Source: Balanoglossus misakiensis
Taxonomy: Eukaryota > Animalia > Hemichordata
Reading direction: 5' to 3'
DNA length: 64,000 nucleotides
Assembly: GCA_040954595.2 (NCBI GenBank)
Contig: CM082585.2
Span: forward strand, 11,993,863-12,057,862
Both the position numbers and the translations under genes were made by a program. Positions within the stretch are counted from its first letter, which is position 1, and each line of letters starts with the position of its first letter. Positions 54,638-64,000 of this stretch are shown in pieces. Under the pieces are notes generated by a model. It was given only the letters and a program-made list of their open reading frames with translations. It was not told the origin of the DNA and did no database searches.

Positions 54638-54812
54638 TCTACCAACACACACCGCCGTCAGTGCGAAGTGACCATTCAGCGCCCCCTCTGCCTCCTCCAA
54701 CGAACAACCTCCCTCCTGAAGTCATGTACTCAAGCATCAACAAGTCCTTGGCTGACCCCTACTCCTCAAGTACACCTAAACCCTATGTAGTAGATGGGGA
54801 TGACTTTCCCAG
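54638..54812 (+). CDS. dlg1: dlg1 exon: PDZ2-PDZ3 linker, (V)YQHTPPSVRSDHSAPPLPPPTNNLPPEVMYSSINKSLADPYSSSTPKPYVVDGDDFP(R)
   Basis: Polypyrimidine tract with actacag acceptor, AG|gtaaga donor, phase 1 to 2, fitting both neighbours; ends in GDD.PR like the vertebrate (G)DD..(T/P)R|EPR junction. Confidence 0.92.
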
Positions 54813-55246
54813 GTAAGAAACTTCACACTTCATTCGTCGTAGCTTGCTGCCTGATAAATTGTCATGAATGCTTATACTGAGAAATAATTGTGACGTAAAA
54901 TGGCAACTGTGTCAGCATTAATAATGGACTGATCAGTAATTAACTGTAGCATATTCTGATAGAATTTGTCACAAACAACATCACAATGTGATGAAAGTAT
55001 ATCATTGCGTGGTACACCTTCCCCTGATGAAATGACACAATCCTCTGATTGATTCAACTCTTGTTTGTCTGTAGAAATATGCAGTGTTTTCTGACATTAT
55101 TACAAAACCACTTTTTATGCTAAATTTTGCCCTCAATAAGTGATGAGTCTGCTTCATGTAAGCTTCAGGTGAAATCTTGTATCGCTGTTTTGTTAAAATT
55201 CAAATTACATGGTGAATACAAGCAATCGTGTTGTGCCGATGTGGCC

Positions 55247-55260
55247 AGCGCCCTCTAGTG
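55247..55260 (-). promoter_or_regulatory. CTCF-like site (CACTAGAGGGCGCT on - strand)
   Basis: Close match to the CTCF core CCASYAGRKGGCRS; best of six similar sites in the window. Confidence 0.6.
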
Positions 55261-55748
55261 TGGAAGAATGTAGTTCCTCGGACAAGCTGATTCTAACAAG
55301 AATGCAAAACAAGTTCAAGGACACAAGAGAGGTGGTGGCAGGTTTTATCGAACATTTGTCTGTGATATGGTGAAGTGAGTAGATTTTGGAAAAGACGTGA
55401 TGATAATTACTTGTGGTCCAAAGTCAGGGGTTGTGTGGTTAGGCTTTTATATATTAAGGAGGAACTTTCACCTTATGTATATTAATTACCTGCATTTCTG
55501 TGGTGTCTATTAAAAGACTGTTCATTGGAGTATGTATTCATTTACCTGCATTTGAATTGGTTGTATATATATGGAATTTACCTTTGATATTTTAAATATT
55601 AATGGCCACAGATGGAAGAGAGAAACAACATTTACAGAAAAATTATTCAAATTGAATTGAGAGCTATAAATAATACAGGTCATCAGGTGGTTTTGTTGTT
55701 AAGTGCTATTATGTAGAGTACACCATGTGTTGGTATAGATAGTGACAC

Positions 55749-55798
55749 TTTAAATAGTCATTTGATAAATAGATTTAAATAGTCATTTGATAAATAGA
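55749..55798. repeat. Perfect 25-bp tandem duplication (tttaaatagtcatttgataaataga x2)
   Basis: Read directly. Confidence 0.95.
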
Positions 55799-58700
55799 TT
55801 GTTTGCTACAATGTTGTCAATCAAATGGTTGTTATTAGTGCAGTATAAACAACGATATAAGCTGATACTGAAGTAACAACAGCCATGTTGTAAGTATATG
55901 ATCATTTTACATTCTGTTTTGAATATGTTATGCCTTAATTATGAGGTTTTGTAAAGCATATAAGAATATTCCATATTTTGCCAATCGTTTAATTCCTGGA
56001 AGAGTCTGTTTTGTGCCAGTCACGTCTGTTCAAATTGAAAAAAAAGGTGAAAATTTAATTGATTATTTAATGAATTTTTCAAGGGAAGGGAGAGGTTGGC
56101 ATAAGTATATTATCAAAAAGGAGAAAAATAACCGTGTTTATTGGAAAAAATTGGTATCTGTGAACAAGATATTTCAATGGGGAAGATGGGTCTGTGTTTG
56201 GTTAAAAAAAGCTATGTATTTGTGATCATGTGTATTAAATTAGTTTCCCTGGCCCTGTCCTTATGTGGATGGGTCAATGATCTCAAGAAGAGACAACACG
56301 CATGTCCTGAATGTCCTACCCGTTGCAAAAAAAAAGTTAGTAGACGCAGATTAAGAATAATTTAATCGGTGGGTTGGCTTCGTACTGGTAGAACCTATCA
56401 ATGGCCCCACTGAACGTACTTCATAGCTGTATTTATATCGCGCACAAATGGATATAGACCACATCGTTATCTCTCTGCACTACTCGGAGATATTGTGGTG
56501 CTGAGATGCTCTGAGTGGCAACTCCTTCTCTTTATTTCATCACCGGGCGTCCGTAAAAAGACCGTAATGTTTCACCGTTAGGATTGAGATGTGTGTGATG
56601 CTCCCAGCAGGCAAGTAGTCGATTTGAAAGTCTTCCTTTGGAATTAGCTGAGGGTGTTTAAAAAATGTTGAATTATGTGAGTTCAGCTTTTATGCTGTTC
56701 CTTTTTCTTCTTCGAGCTTTCTAGTGGCTTCACAATGTAGAGGAGACATTTTCTTTTACACTGTGTACTTTTATTGATTTGAAAAAGTACACTATGTTAT
56801 TGAATATGGTGAGATTTCAGTTCCTTCAGATTCAGAATAGATTCACAACCTAGTTAAACGAAGAAAGATATTGAACAGTAGTAAAGATGGAAAATTTTGT
56901 TTACTAGGACATAGCGACACTAGAAATATTCAGGGACACTGATCTCTTTAGGATACAGGGTTTATGTGAAATAGAGGTTAAAATCTGATATGAATTATTT
57001 ATCATATCCCTGTACGTGTGTAGTCAAGACAGTGGCCATTTTGGTCTCATAATCGATGGCTGTGTCCCCATGGCCCATGTTTTGACTGCTGCTTTGAGGT
57101 GAATGCAAAACATCCTTGCAGTTGCCGTTGGTGATCATTCAGTCGTCTAAGTGATCACGTACTCAGGTTCTCTGACATTCTCTTGTCTTTTGTATATCAG
57201 GTCAAAAATTTCACAGAACTGCTACCAGAAAAAGAAATCCATTGATTGTCTATATACGTTGACTGCTAATTTCTCATCTATTTTTAAATTATATGATTCT
57301 TAAGGTTTGCTCAGTTGTACCTTAAATTGTTCGGAATTTACATGCCGGTATTTATTTCAATAGAAATTCAAAACTCTGGAATGTACATGCATGCTGCCAA
57401 CCTTAATTTCTCTGATCTTTCCACTTGTATTTCATTGCCATTAATTCCACTGAAAAAATCTCCTGGATTAATATATAACACTGAGCATAATTTCATACAT
57501 TCTGTAATCAAACCCTAATCTCAGGTTTTTACCTGAGACATGGCATTGTTAAGGTAGCACTAAATATAATTATAGTTTGCCAGCAGTGACTAGAAATATA
57601 TAATCCATGGCTCCCACAAGGGTCAAACGCTATCAGTAAAACTCCTTGTTAAAGTAGGAACAGATACGTAAAAGTGGTTTCTATGTCTCGACTTAAGTGA
57701 ATGTATTGTGGTAATATGCCATTTGCATCGAACGGGTCTGGCGCACTGGAGTATATATGCGCAGTTTATTTTTACGGGACATGCTGTCTGGTGGAAATAA
57801 AATCCAGTTCTGATTCTCTAGGCTGGGAGTTGTTTGTTTCACCTGAGACATGAAAAATATGATCATAATAAAGTTTGAATTGCTGTGCCCAAAATGTGAG
57901 TTAAAATCCAAGAAGACAACTATAGGCATACATGAACATGGTTCAGTAAAATTGTGATGTAACATATAAATAAGGAATATATTCTGAAGGTGTCATTGCG
58001 ATTGTAAGGTATTTTAATCAGTTCTATTTCTGTGCTGTTTATAATATGACCAATGATGCAGTCACATCGAAATGTAGAGAGGAAAATTTATTGTTGGCTT
58101 TTTATGGATGGATGAATGGAAATGGCGCTGTTGTCTGTGATGGATTGTGATTCCAGTGGTAGATTTGAATGTGTCTATTGGAGAAGGAGGGGGAGGGATG
58201 GAGAGCCATCCATTTCTGCAGTCAGTCCTTCAAGTTTGTCTGTCAGCCAGGAAATAAACTGTTACCGACTGAAGATTCCAGTGGTTACAAGTGATTTTAG
58301 AGTGACATGGTAGAAGAGAATTCATTCAAAGTTGTGCACCATCAATGGTGAAATGACAGGATTGTTTTCTGCCGAGCGTATTATACACATACCTGTAGTC
58401 GTGAGTCAGAGAAGTGTAATACGCGAAATAGCTGAGATTAATGGACATCAATTGGCGTTTCATTTTCAACTATCCACATCACAATCGCGTTTCGCTGTCG
58501 CTAATGATCTCCGGAATGTACATTCATGAATGTTGAAACCGTTACCCGCCATTATGGGGCAACTTGTGTTGCACTGAAACCAGTCAAGGAGAAAATTGCA
58601 GTATTCATGAAACTCCTTTGCCTGCTTTCAGTTTGTGTTCTCTTTTAATGTCACATTATTCTCAGCATGGAAGAATAGTTTGAAAACTGTTGCACTGAAA

Positions 58701-59548
58701 AATTTCCAATGGGGTGTAATAAAATACGCTGTGCCAATGAAGTCTTCAAGTGAAAATACAACTTCATAGGATTAAAATGATACCCCTGCTGAGAAAAAAT
58801 GACTCATAATTTCAAAAATCGATATTTTTACTCCTGATCGGTTGTATCTTTATCAGTGGACCCATTACTGCTCTGATGGATTTTGTTTCTCTACGAAAAT
58901 AACATTGTGGGCAGCATTTTTTGTGTCTGCCAATTTATAAGATTTTCTGTCGGTAATCTGATGCCATATCAATTCTTGTGACCATTTGTGGGAATGCAAG
59001 GTTGGACTGGAAGAACTCTGGTTTTTGGTTACTTGACACTAAGCATTGCACACAAATTGCCATGGTGATCAATATCCGATTTGAAACAAAATAATTTGCA
59101 GGGTCATTAGCTGTAGTCGTGGTAATCTGAGAAACAGCAATCAATTTCTAAATGATCAGTTGTGATTCAAGAATAAAATGGTTTTGATCAGCCAGACATC
59201 TTGCTTTTCGGGAGTCAAGGCAATTGTGTCCTTAGAGCGAACAGATTTGTTTTAGATGAACTTCACAGGCGTTTCATTTGGATTTTTTGGAAGGACAAAC
59301 TGTAGATCTTCCTGTCTGAGGTATTTCCAGTGACAATAAATTGTCAAGTGGCAATATTTCGTAAAATGATAGTGTAGGATACCTGTAAAAAGATTATCAC
59401 TCGACACAAAATGTCATTGGACTTTATTTTTAGAACATTTGTGTAGGAGTTGCTCCAAGGTGTACTATATTTAGAATGAGAGTGCTACCTCTTAGTTGCC
59501 CACGTACAAAAAAAAAATATTGACAGGAAAATAAAGGCTGTAAGGGAA

Positions 59549-59648
59549 AAAGATCAGTGTCGTATTTGGATAGGTCAGTATTTTGTGGAGGTCCGTGCTT
59601 GTATAGGTCGCTACCATATTTGGAGAGGTCAGAATTTGCATACGTCCT
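59549..59648. repeat. Degenerate tandem of about 22 nt (tatttgga.aggtc...), probably transposon subterminal repeats
   Basis: Four to five aggtc-anchored units visible. Confidence 0.55.
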
Positions 59649-62298
59649 CACTGTACGTGTATTTGGATACTAACGCTGCTGATGAGGTGATGCGAGTGCT
59701 GGGATCAAATTTTGGACCAAGTCTGCTGATCAGCCAAGATCGCATTTTAGGAAACTGATCCTCTCCGTTAGTGTAAGACTTTTTATCAACTGTACACCTC
59801 AGTAGCTGCTCATCAGTGAGTGGTATCAAAAATTAATATTATAGGAGTTGAAATATGCAGAGCTTGACTGACAAATTATTCCTATCTTTGTGCGTGACCA
59901 TGCATGTTCATACGCTTGTCTCTGGTCAGGTTTTCTATGGTTGTCTGTCGAAGTGTAGAATTTGACACATTATTTCATTGGCATCAGCTACTCTATTGTA
60001 CTAAAAAAATGAATAATTTTTGGTCTGTCTCGAATTCATCTCAGCTTTAGTGTTGACAGAGGATAGTACCCTCTGTTCATTGGTTATACGTGACCCTAAA
60101 CAATTGTGCGACCTTGTGTTCATGGAATGTGGAAAAATGAAAAAAAACTGCCATGAATAATAATATATCATTCCATCCATGTTTGAAAATTAATCTGACC
60201 TATATTAATCTCACCTGACGAATAACTTAAAGCAAGAGCTATGTTTTAGAATTAGTGACTGTATATATGGCAGTGACTACATCATGATCAGTCAGTGACA
60301 TCTTGTGGTCTTTTTATTCGGTGTTAAAATCACACATTGCTGTTTTCTGTTAAGATTTTCATCAAACTTTCTACTGTGGACAGTAACCACATGTTAGATT
60401 GCATACAGCCGGGTGAATTAGTATTCTCAATGCAATGTGCGGTCAGAGCCGGATAGTCGATGCCATCATTTATAATTTATCCACAATAGGCCTGTGATAA
60501 ATTTTGATGACTGTTGGAAGAGGCCTGCAAGGCTTGCTTCGAAAGAAAGTGTTACGGGAGTCACTCCGAAAAAATCAACTCTGCTATTTTTAGGTTTTAG
60601 TTGTTCTTGGATTAATTGAATTTGAAGATGACAAGATTTGCGATGTGTATTTTTGTGTACACAAGAAGTGACATCAGAATTTTTGCTTCACGAGCAAGTT
60701 GTGCGTTTTCCTCGAGATACAGTGACTGTATAAATACCACCATTCAGATAAGTATTAGGATCAGGGATTCAGGGTTTGCCTGTAGGTGACAATGATGATC
60801 CTACTGACATCTCAAGTCTTAATAATCGCAGTGGTACAAGTCACTTTCTGATTGGCTGAATAAGTGAAGCCTTGACTGAAGCAGGTCATCCCGGCCAATC
60901 AGATGTGGGTAAACATAAGAGCAGTGGGGAGCTTGGGACAGTATGTTTTAATTTCTGTACTGAAACGTTAATGTCTGTAGGCAATGTCATGTGATGTCTG
61001 TATGTCAGTGCTGTTTACCATCATGCAGTTAAGAAATGAATTATTTGAGATACTATTACACTTTTTATTTTCTGGAAATCGGTCATCTTGAGGTCACAGT
61101 GACTTCTGATAAAAAAGATGTGTGCTGTGTTCTGATTTTAAATCCATTGAGAATTGCTGCCTCGTCGTTTGGAAATAGAAAATTGAAATTACCAAAGGGA
61201 GGTTGGAGTGTTCTTGAAGACACTCTTTCAGTCGGATTGAGATGCAGAAGCAGAATAATGTGCTAGTCGATGCATTGCCATGACAACTGTCTTTTGACAT
61301 TCAGAAAGCATTATTGGAAATCATTGAGGTCTACCTAATGCTTTGATATAAAACAAACGCACCGACCCTGGCCTGTGTCGTCCTGTGAGATGCAAGGGGA
61401 GTATCACACAGAGGACAGTCCTGTCTCTGATGTTGTTGGACGTGAGTGAGTGACTTTTCAGTTACCTTGGATTTTTTCAACATCTGTCATTAGGATTTAG
61501 CTTGCCAGCTTATGTTGTGTGATTGACTGAATAGGTCAGAATTGATACCCATGTACACAAATCTTGCTACTGTACGAAAGCTTTGGTCTGTATTCTTCTC
61601 TCAATAATATCCATAAACTGATGCATGAGGCCTTTCCAAAATATGTGATGTTGAACATGTATATAAGCTTAGCTGAATTCTGTCCTGTATTTATTTTATT
61701 ATTTGTATGTATTGATTATAGTTCATATCATTAATGGCTGTCTACTGGCAAAGTTCTTCAGTGGAATACAATACAGGATATATGTCTGTCTTTTTTTAGT
61801 AATCATACCTTCTCATTAGTACTAACCTTTCTCAAGGCCTTGAAGTGAAAACTTGTGGGGATTTGTTTCACTGTAGGTGTAGATGATATTTCAAATTTCC
61901 AGGAAATTGAACATTTTTTGTTTGGCTTCTACAGTCAAATGGCATTGAATATGTAATCCTTTCTCAACAAGGAACGCCTCTGTTTGCAGAATCATAAAAT
62001 GAGGAAGTAACTTGCCTCAGGAAAAAATCTTCTGTGCATTAATTAAAATTGCTCCAAACGTTTATGCTTTGAGCATGTACAAAGTATGAGTAAAAGTGTT
62101 TTGATGAGCTGAAGATGCCAGTGATTTCTGTCTAGTCGATACAGCCATGCATTCTGATATCTGTTCAGTTTTATCTTCTGTGCTGTTCACCAGTAGCTCT
62201 CCTACGGTCCTTTTCAAATTTCTATCTGGAGCTGGTCTGCCAAGTAAATTGTATTACAAATGCTAAATGTTCTCCTATTTCCTGTGTTTTATTTTCAG

Positions 62299-62455
62299 AG
62301 AACCTCGCAAAGTAGTCCTTCAGAAGGGGACAACTGGACTTGGTTTTAACATCGTCGGAGGGGAAGACGGAGAGGGTATTTTTATCTCCTTTATTCTGGC
62401 CGGTGGTGTTGCTGATCTTAGTGGAGAACTGAAACGAGGAGACCAAATTCTATCT
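62299..62455 (+). CDS. dlg1: dlg1 exon: PDZ3, (R)[52 protein letters not shown]
   Basis: ttttattttcag acceptor, TCT|gtgagt donor, phase 2 to 0; near-identical to known Dlg PDZ3. Confidence 0.97.
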
Positions 62456-63154
62456 GTGAGTTGATACTTTATTCTGTTGTACATGAAATAGAAGTCAAAC
62501 TATTAACATAGTGAGTTCCAAGGTCTTTTTGTGAGGAATACACAGACTTGGTAGATCAGTAACAAAATTTGGACAGTGATACAATTCAAGAATAAGAACA
62601 AAATAGAGTATGAGATGATGATACTGGGAATTAAAACGGTTGACATTAGTCAGATTGGTCGTGATATTCAAACAAGTCTTGTATTCCCACAAGAGAAGAT
62701 TGAGACAGCGACAACCTTGGGAATTCAGGTTAATTTCATTCTCCCTCAAGAGAATTAACAGAGAACTACATTTTCCATGGAAGGTGCTGTCGCAGCACGG
62801 AATGATTTAGTGAGGGATTGATTGTTTGCCGGAACGTCAGAAGCTGATCAGTGTGTTCACAAATGTAAGCAAGAACCCAGAACCGAATGCTGGGAAGATT
62901 TATATCCCCTCGTACAAGTCTTCAGGATTTTGATATAATGAATTGCAATGAAGGTTGTAAATTTTTGTCAGCCTGTGGCAGAATTGAGATCGTTTTATTG
63001 TAGACTGTATGCTATACAAGTTGAAAGGTTGTTCTGGGCCAGAAGGAATGTCAATAGGTCGGGGAACATTTCATTTAACTGCAGTCTTGATAAATGAAGG
63101 TTAATTCCTTGGAAAGCATAATTTGGAAATTTTCCTGTATCCTTATATTAATAA

Positions 63155-63235
63155 GTGCTGTGATGAGCTAACTTGATTACCGCTGGTGTTGAAATCAACA
63201 CAATGTGGAATATACAAGAGGCTGTTTCTGAGCAC
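63155..63235 (+). ncRNA. SNORD95: Intronic C/D-box snoRNA, SNORD95/U95-like, copy 2
   Basis: Identical to copy 1 over 81 nt: C box 63160-63166, D box 63228-63231, stem gtgc/gcac. Confidence 0.85.
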
Positions 63236-63308
63236 CAATCTCAAATTTATTGCGACTCTTGATAAGATGTCAGCACAGCACAGACATTCGGTCATTGTGA
63301 TATCAACT
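63155..63308 (+). repeat. 154-bp dispersed duplication, partner at 51537-51690
   Basis: Same alignment as above, same orientation, 11.6 kb apart. Confidence 0.95.
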
Positions 63309-63319
63309 AGAGTGTAGGT

Positions 63320-63412
63320 TTAACCCTTTCACCCCCAGTTCCCTCTTTAGAGGTCCCACCTTACCATAGAAAACAATTGGTTTGGACTGAACCATGTTGG
63401 TGAAAGGGTTAA
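63320..63412. mobile_element. Tiny TTAA-flanked MITE (piggyBac-like ends), copy B, opposite orientation to copy A
   Basis: TTAA-CCCTTTCACC ... GGTGAAAGGG-TTAA, perfect 10-bp TIR plus TTAA at both ends. Confidence 0.82.
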
Positions 63413-63517
63413 GCAATGACTGTTAACCCTGACCTCCTCTTTAACAAATGACAGCTAGCTCAGCACAATAACTGCAATGTAACAGCTGTACTAAAGTGTT
63501 GTGTGTTTGTTTCACAG

Positions 63518-63620
63518 GTCAATAGTAAAGACTTAATTTTAGCCACCCATGAAGAAGCTGCAGCCGCTCTCAAAAATGCTGGTCAAACGGTCACCATAGT
63601 CTGTCAGTACAAACCAGAAG
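63518..63620 (+). CDS. dlg1: dlg1 exon: PDZ3 C-terminal part, [34 protein letters not shown]
   Basis: tttgtttcacag acceptor, G|gtgagt donor, phase 0 to 1; [21 protein letters not shown] motif. Absent from the ORF track. Confidence 0.97.
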
Positions 63621-63700
63621 GTGAGTAACTCCATCCCATTCATCAATGTACATACTGTCTTATAAAGTCCTCAGATGTAATTTCTGAGCAAAAAATCTTG

Positions 63701-63788
63701 TCTATGTAATGATGAGCTAACTTGACAACCACTGGTGTTGATATCAACACAATGTGGAAGATTACAAGAGGCTGTTTCTGAGCATAGA
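63701..63788 (+). ncRNA. SNORD95: Intronic C/D-box snoRNA, SNORD95/U95-like, copy 3 (diverged)
   Basis: C box ATGATGA (63709-63715), D box CTGA (63778-63781), a different 7-bp terminal stem tctatgt/gcataga, and the guide ACAAGAGGCTGTTT unchanged while internal positions differ. Confidence 0.85.
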
Positions 63789-64000
63789 TGCATGATTTCA
63801 GTTTCAACATTGACCAATACTGAAAATATGACCAAAGGTAAAAGTCATCTTCTCCAATCATTCTTTTTAATATAAATGGTGTTTTTCATATCTACACACC
63901 ACTGAAATTGTATTCTGATTATGATCATTGTCAGTAGATGGCCCCCTCATTCAATGATTTCTTCTAAACAAGACGATTTGATGTTCTTTCCCTCTTGTCA

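Larger units (their letters stand above)
15635..63620 (+). other. dlg1: Discs large homolog 1 (DLG/SAP97/PSD-95 family MAGUK) gene, partial: L27 C-terminal part to end of PDZ3; gene extends beyond both window ends
   Basis: 11 exons with canonical AG/GT ends and compatible phases (1-0-0-0-0-2-0-0-1-2-0-1). The joined peptide contains [50 protein letters not shown] and [24 protein letters not shown], all diagnostic of DLG1-4/Dlg. Confidence 0.97.

Noticed and set aside
54984-55052. C/D-like pattern GTGATGA...CTGATGA...CTGA with a caa/ttg stem
   Set aside because: Stem only 3 bp, single copy, and no 10-nt or longer rRNA/snRNA complement that I could recognise; a snoscan run would settle it.
59665-59830. 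Imperfect inverted repeat (gatac...ctgatgag / ctcatcag...gtatc)
   Set aside because: Too short and degenerate to call a MITE or structured RNA without a second copy.
60788-60856. ATGATGA...CTGA spaced like a C/D snoRNA
   Set aside because: No properly registered terminal stem and no recognisable guide; such box pairs arise by chance in 64 kb (likewise about 1470, 37447 and 42934).
62576-62758. Purine-rich 60-aa ORF downstream of the PDZ3 exon
   Set aside because: No recognisable homology or splice signals; the PDZ3 exons join perfectly without it.

Overview
AT-rich, intron-rich animal genomic DNA, probably from an invertebrate deuterostome (inferred from vertebrate-like exon content and intron positions; the species cannot be determined). 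The window lies inside one + strand gene, a Discs large MAGUK (dlg1/SAP97/PSD-95 family). Eleven GT-AG exons between 15635 and 63620 join in frame (1542 nt, about 514 codons) and encode the end of the L27 domain, the YRYQD/PEST region, PDZ1, PDZ2, a Pro-rich linker and PDZ3. The first L27 exons and the SH3-HOOK-GK exons lie outside the window. Almost all ORFs in the supplied track are intronic noise. The main hidden signals are: (1) three sense-strand intronic copies of a C/D-box snoRNA with the SNORD95/U95-type 28S guide, with compensatory stem changes; (2) three candidate alternative first exons in CpG-enriched patches, each ending in a phase-0 GAG|gt donor and giving L27-less N-termini, one with a Cys plus polybasic motif; (3) TA- and TTAA-type MITEs next to exons; (4) recurrent CTCF-like and RFX X-box motifs. 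No prokaryotic features, CRISPR arrays, rRNA or tRNA were found. All family comparisons are from memory, not from database searches.
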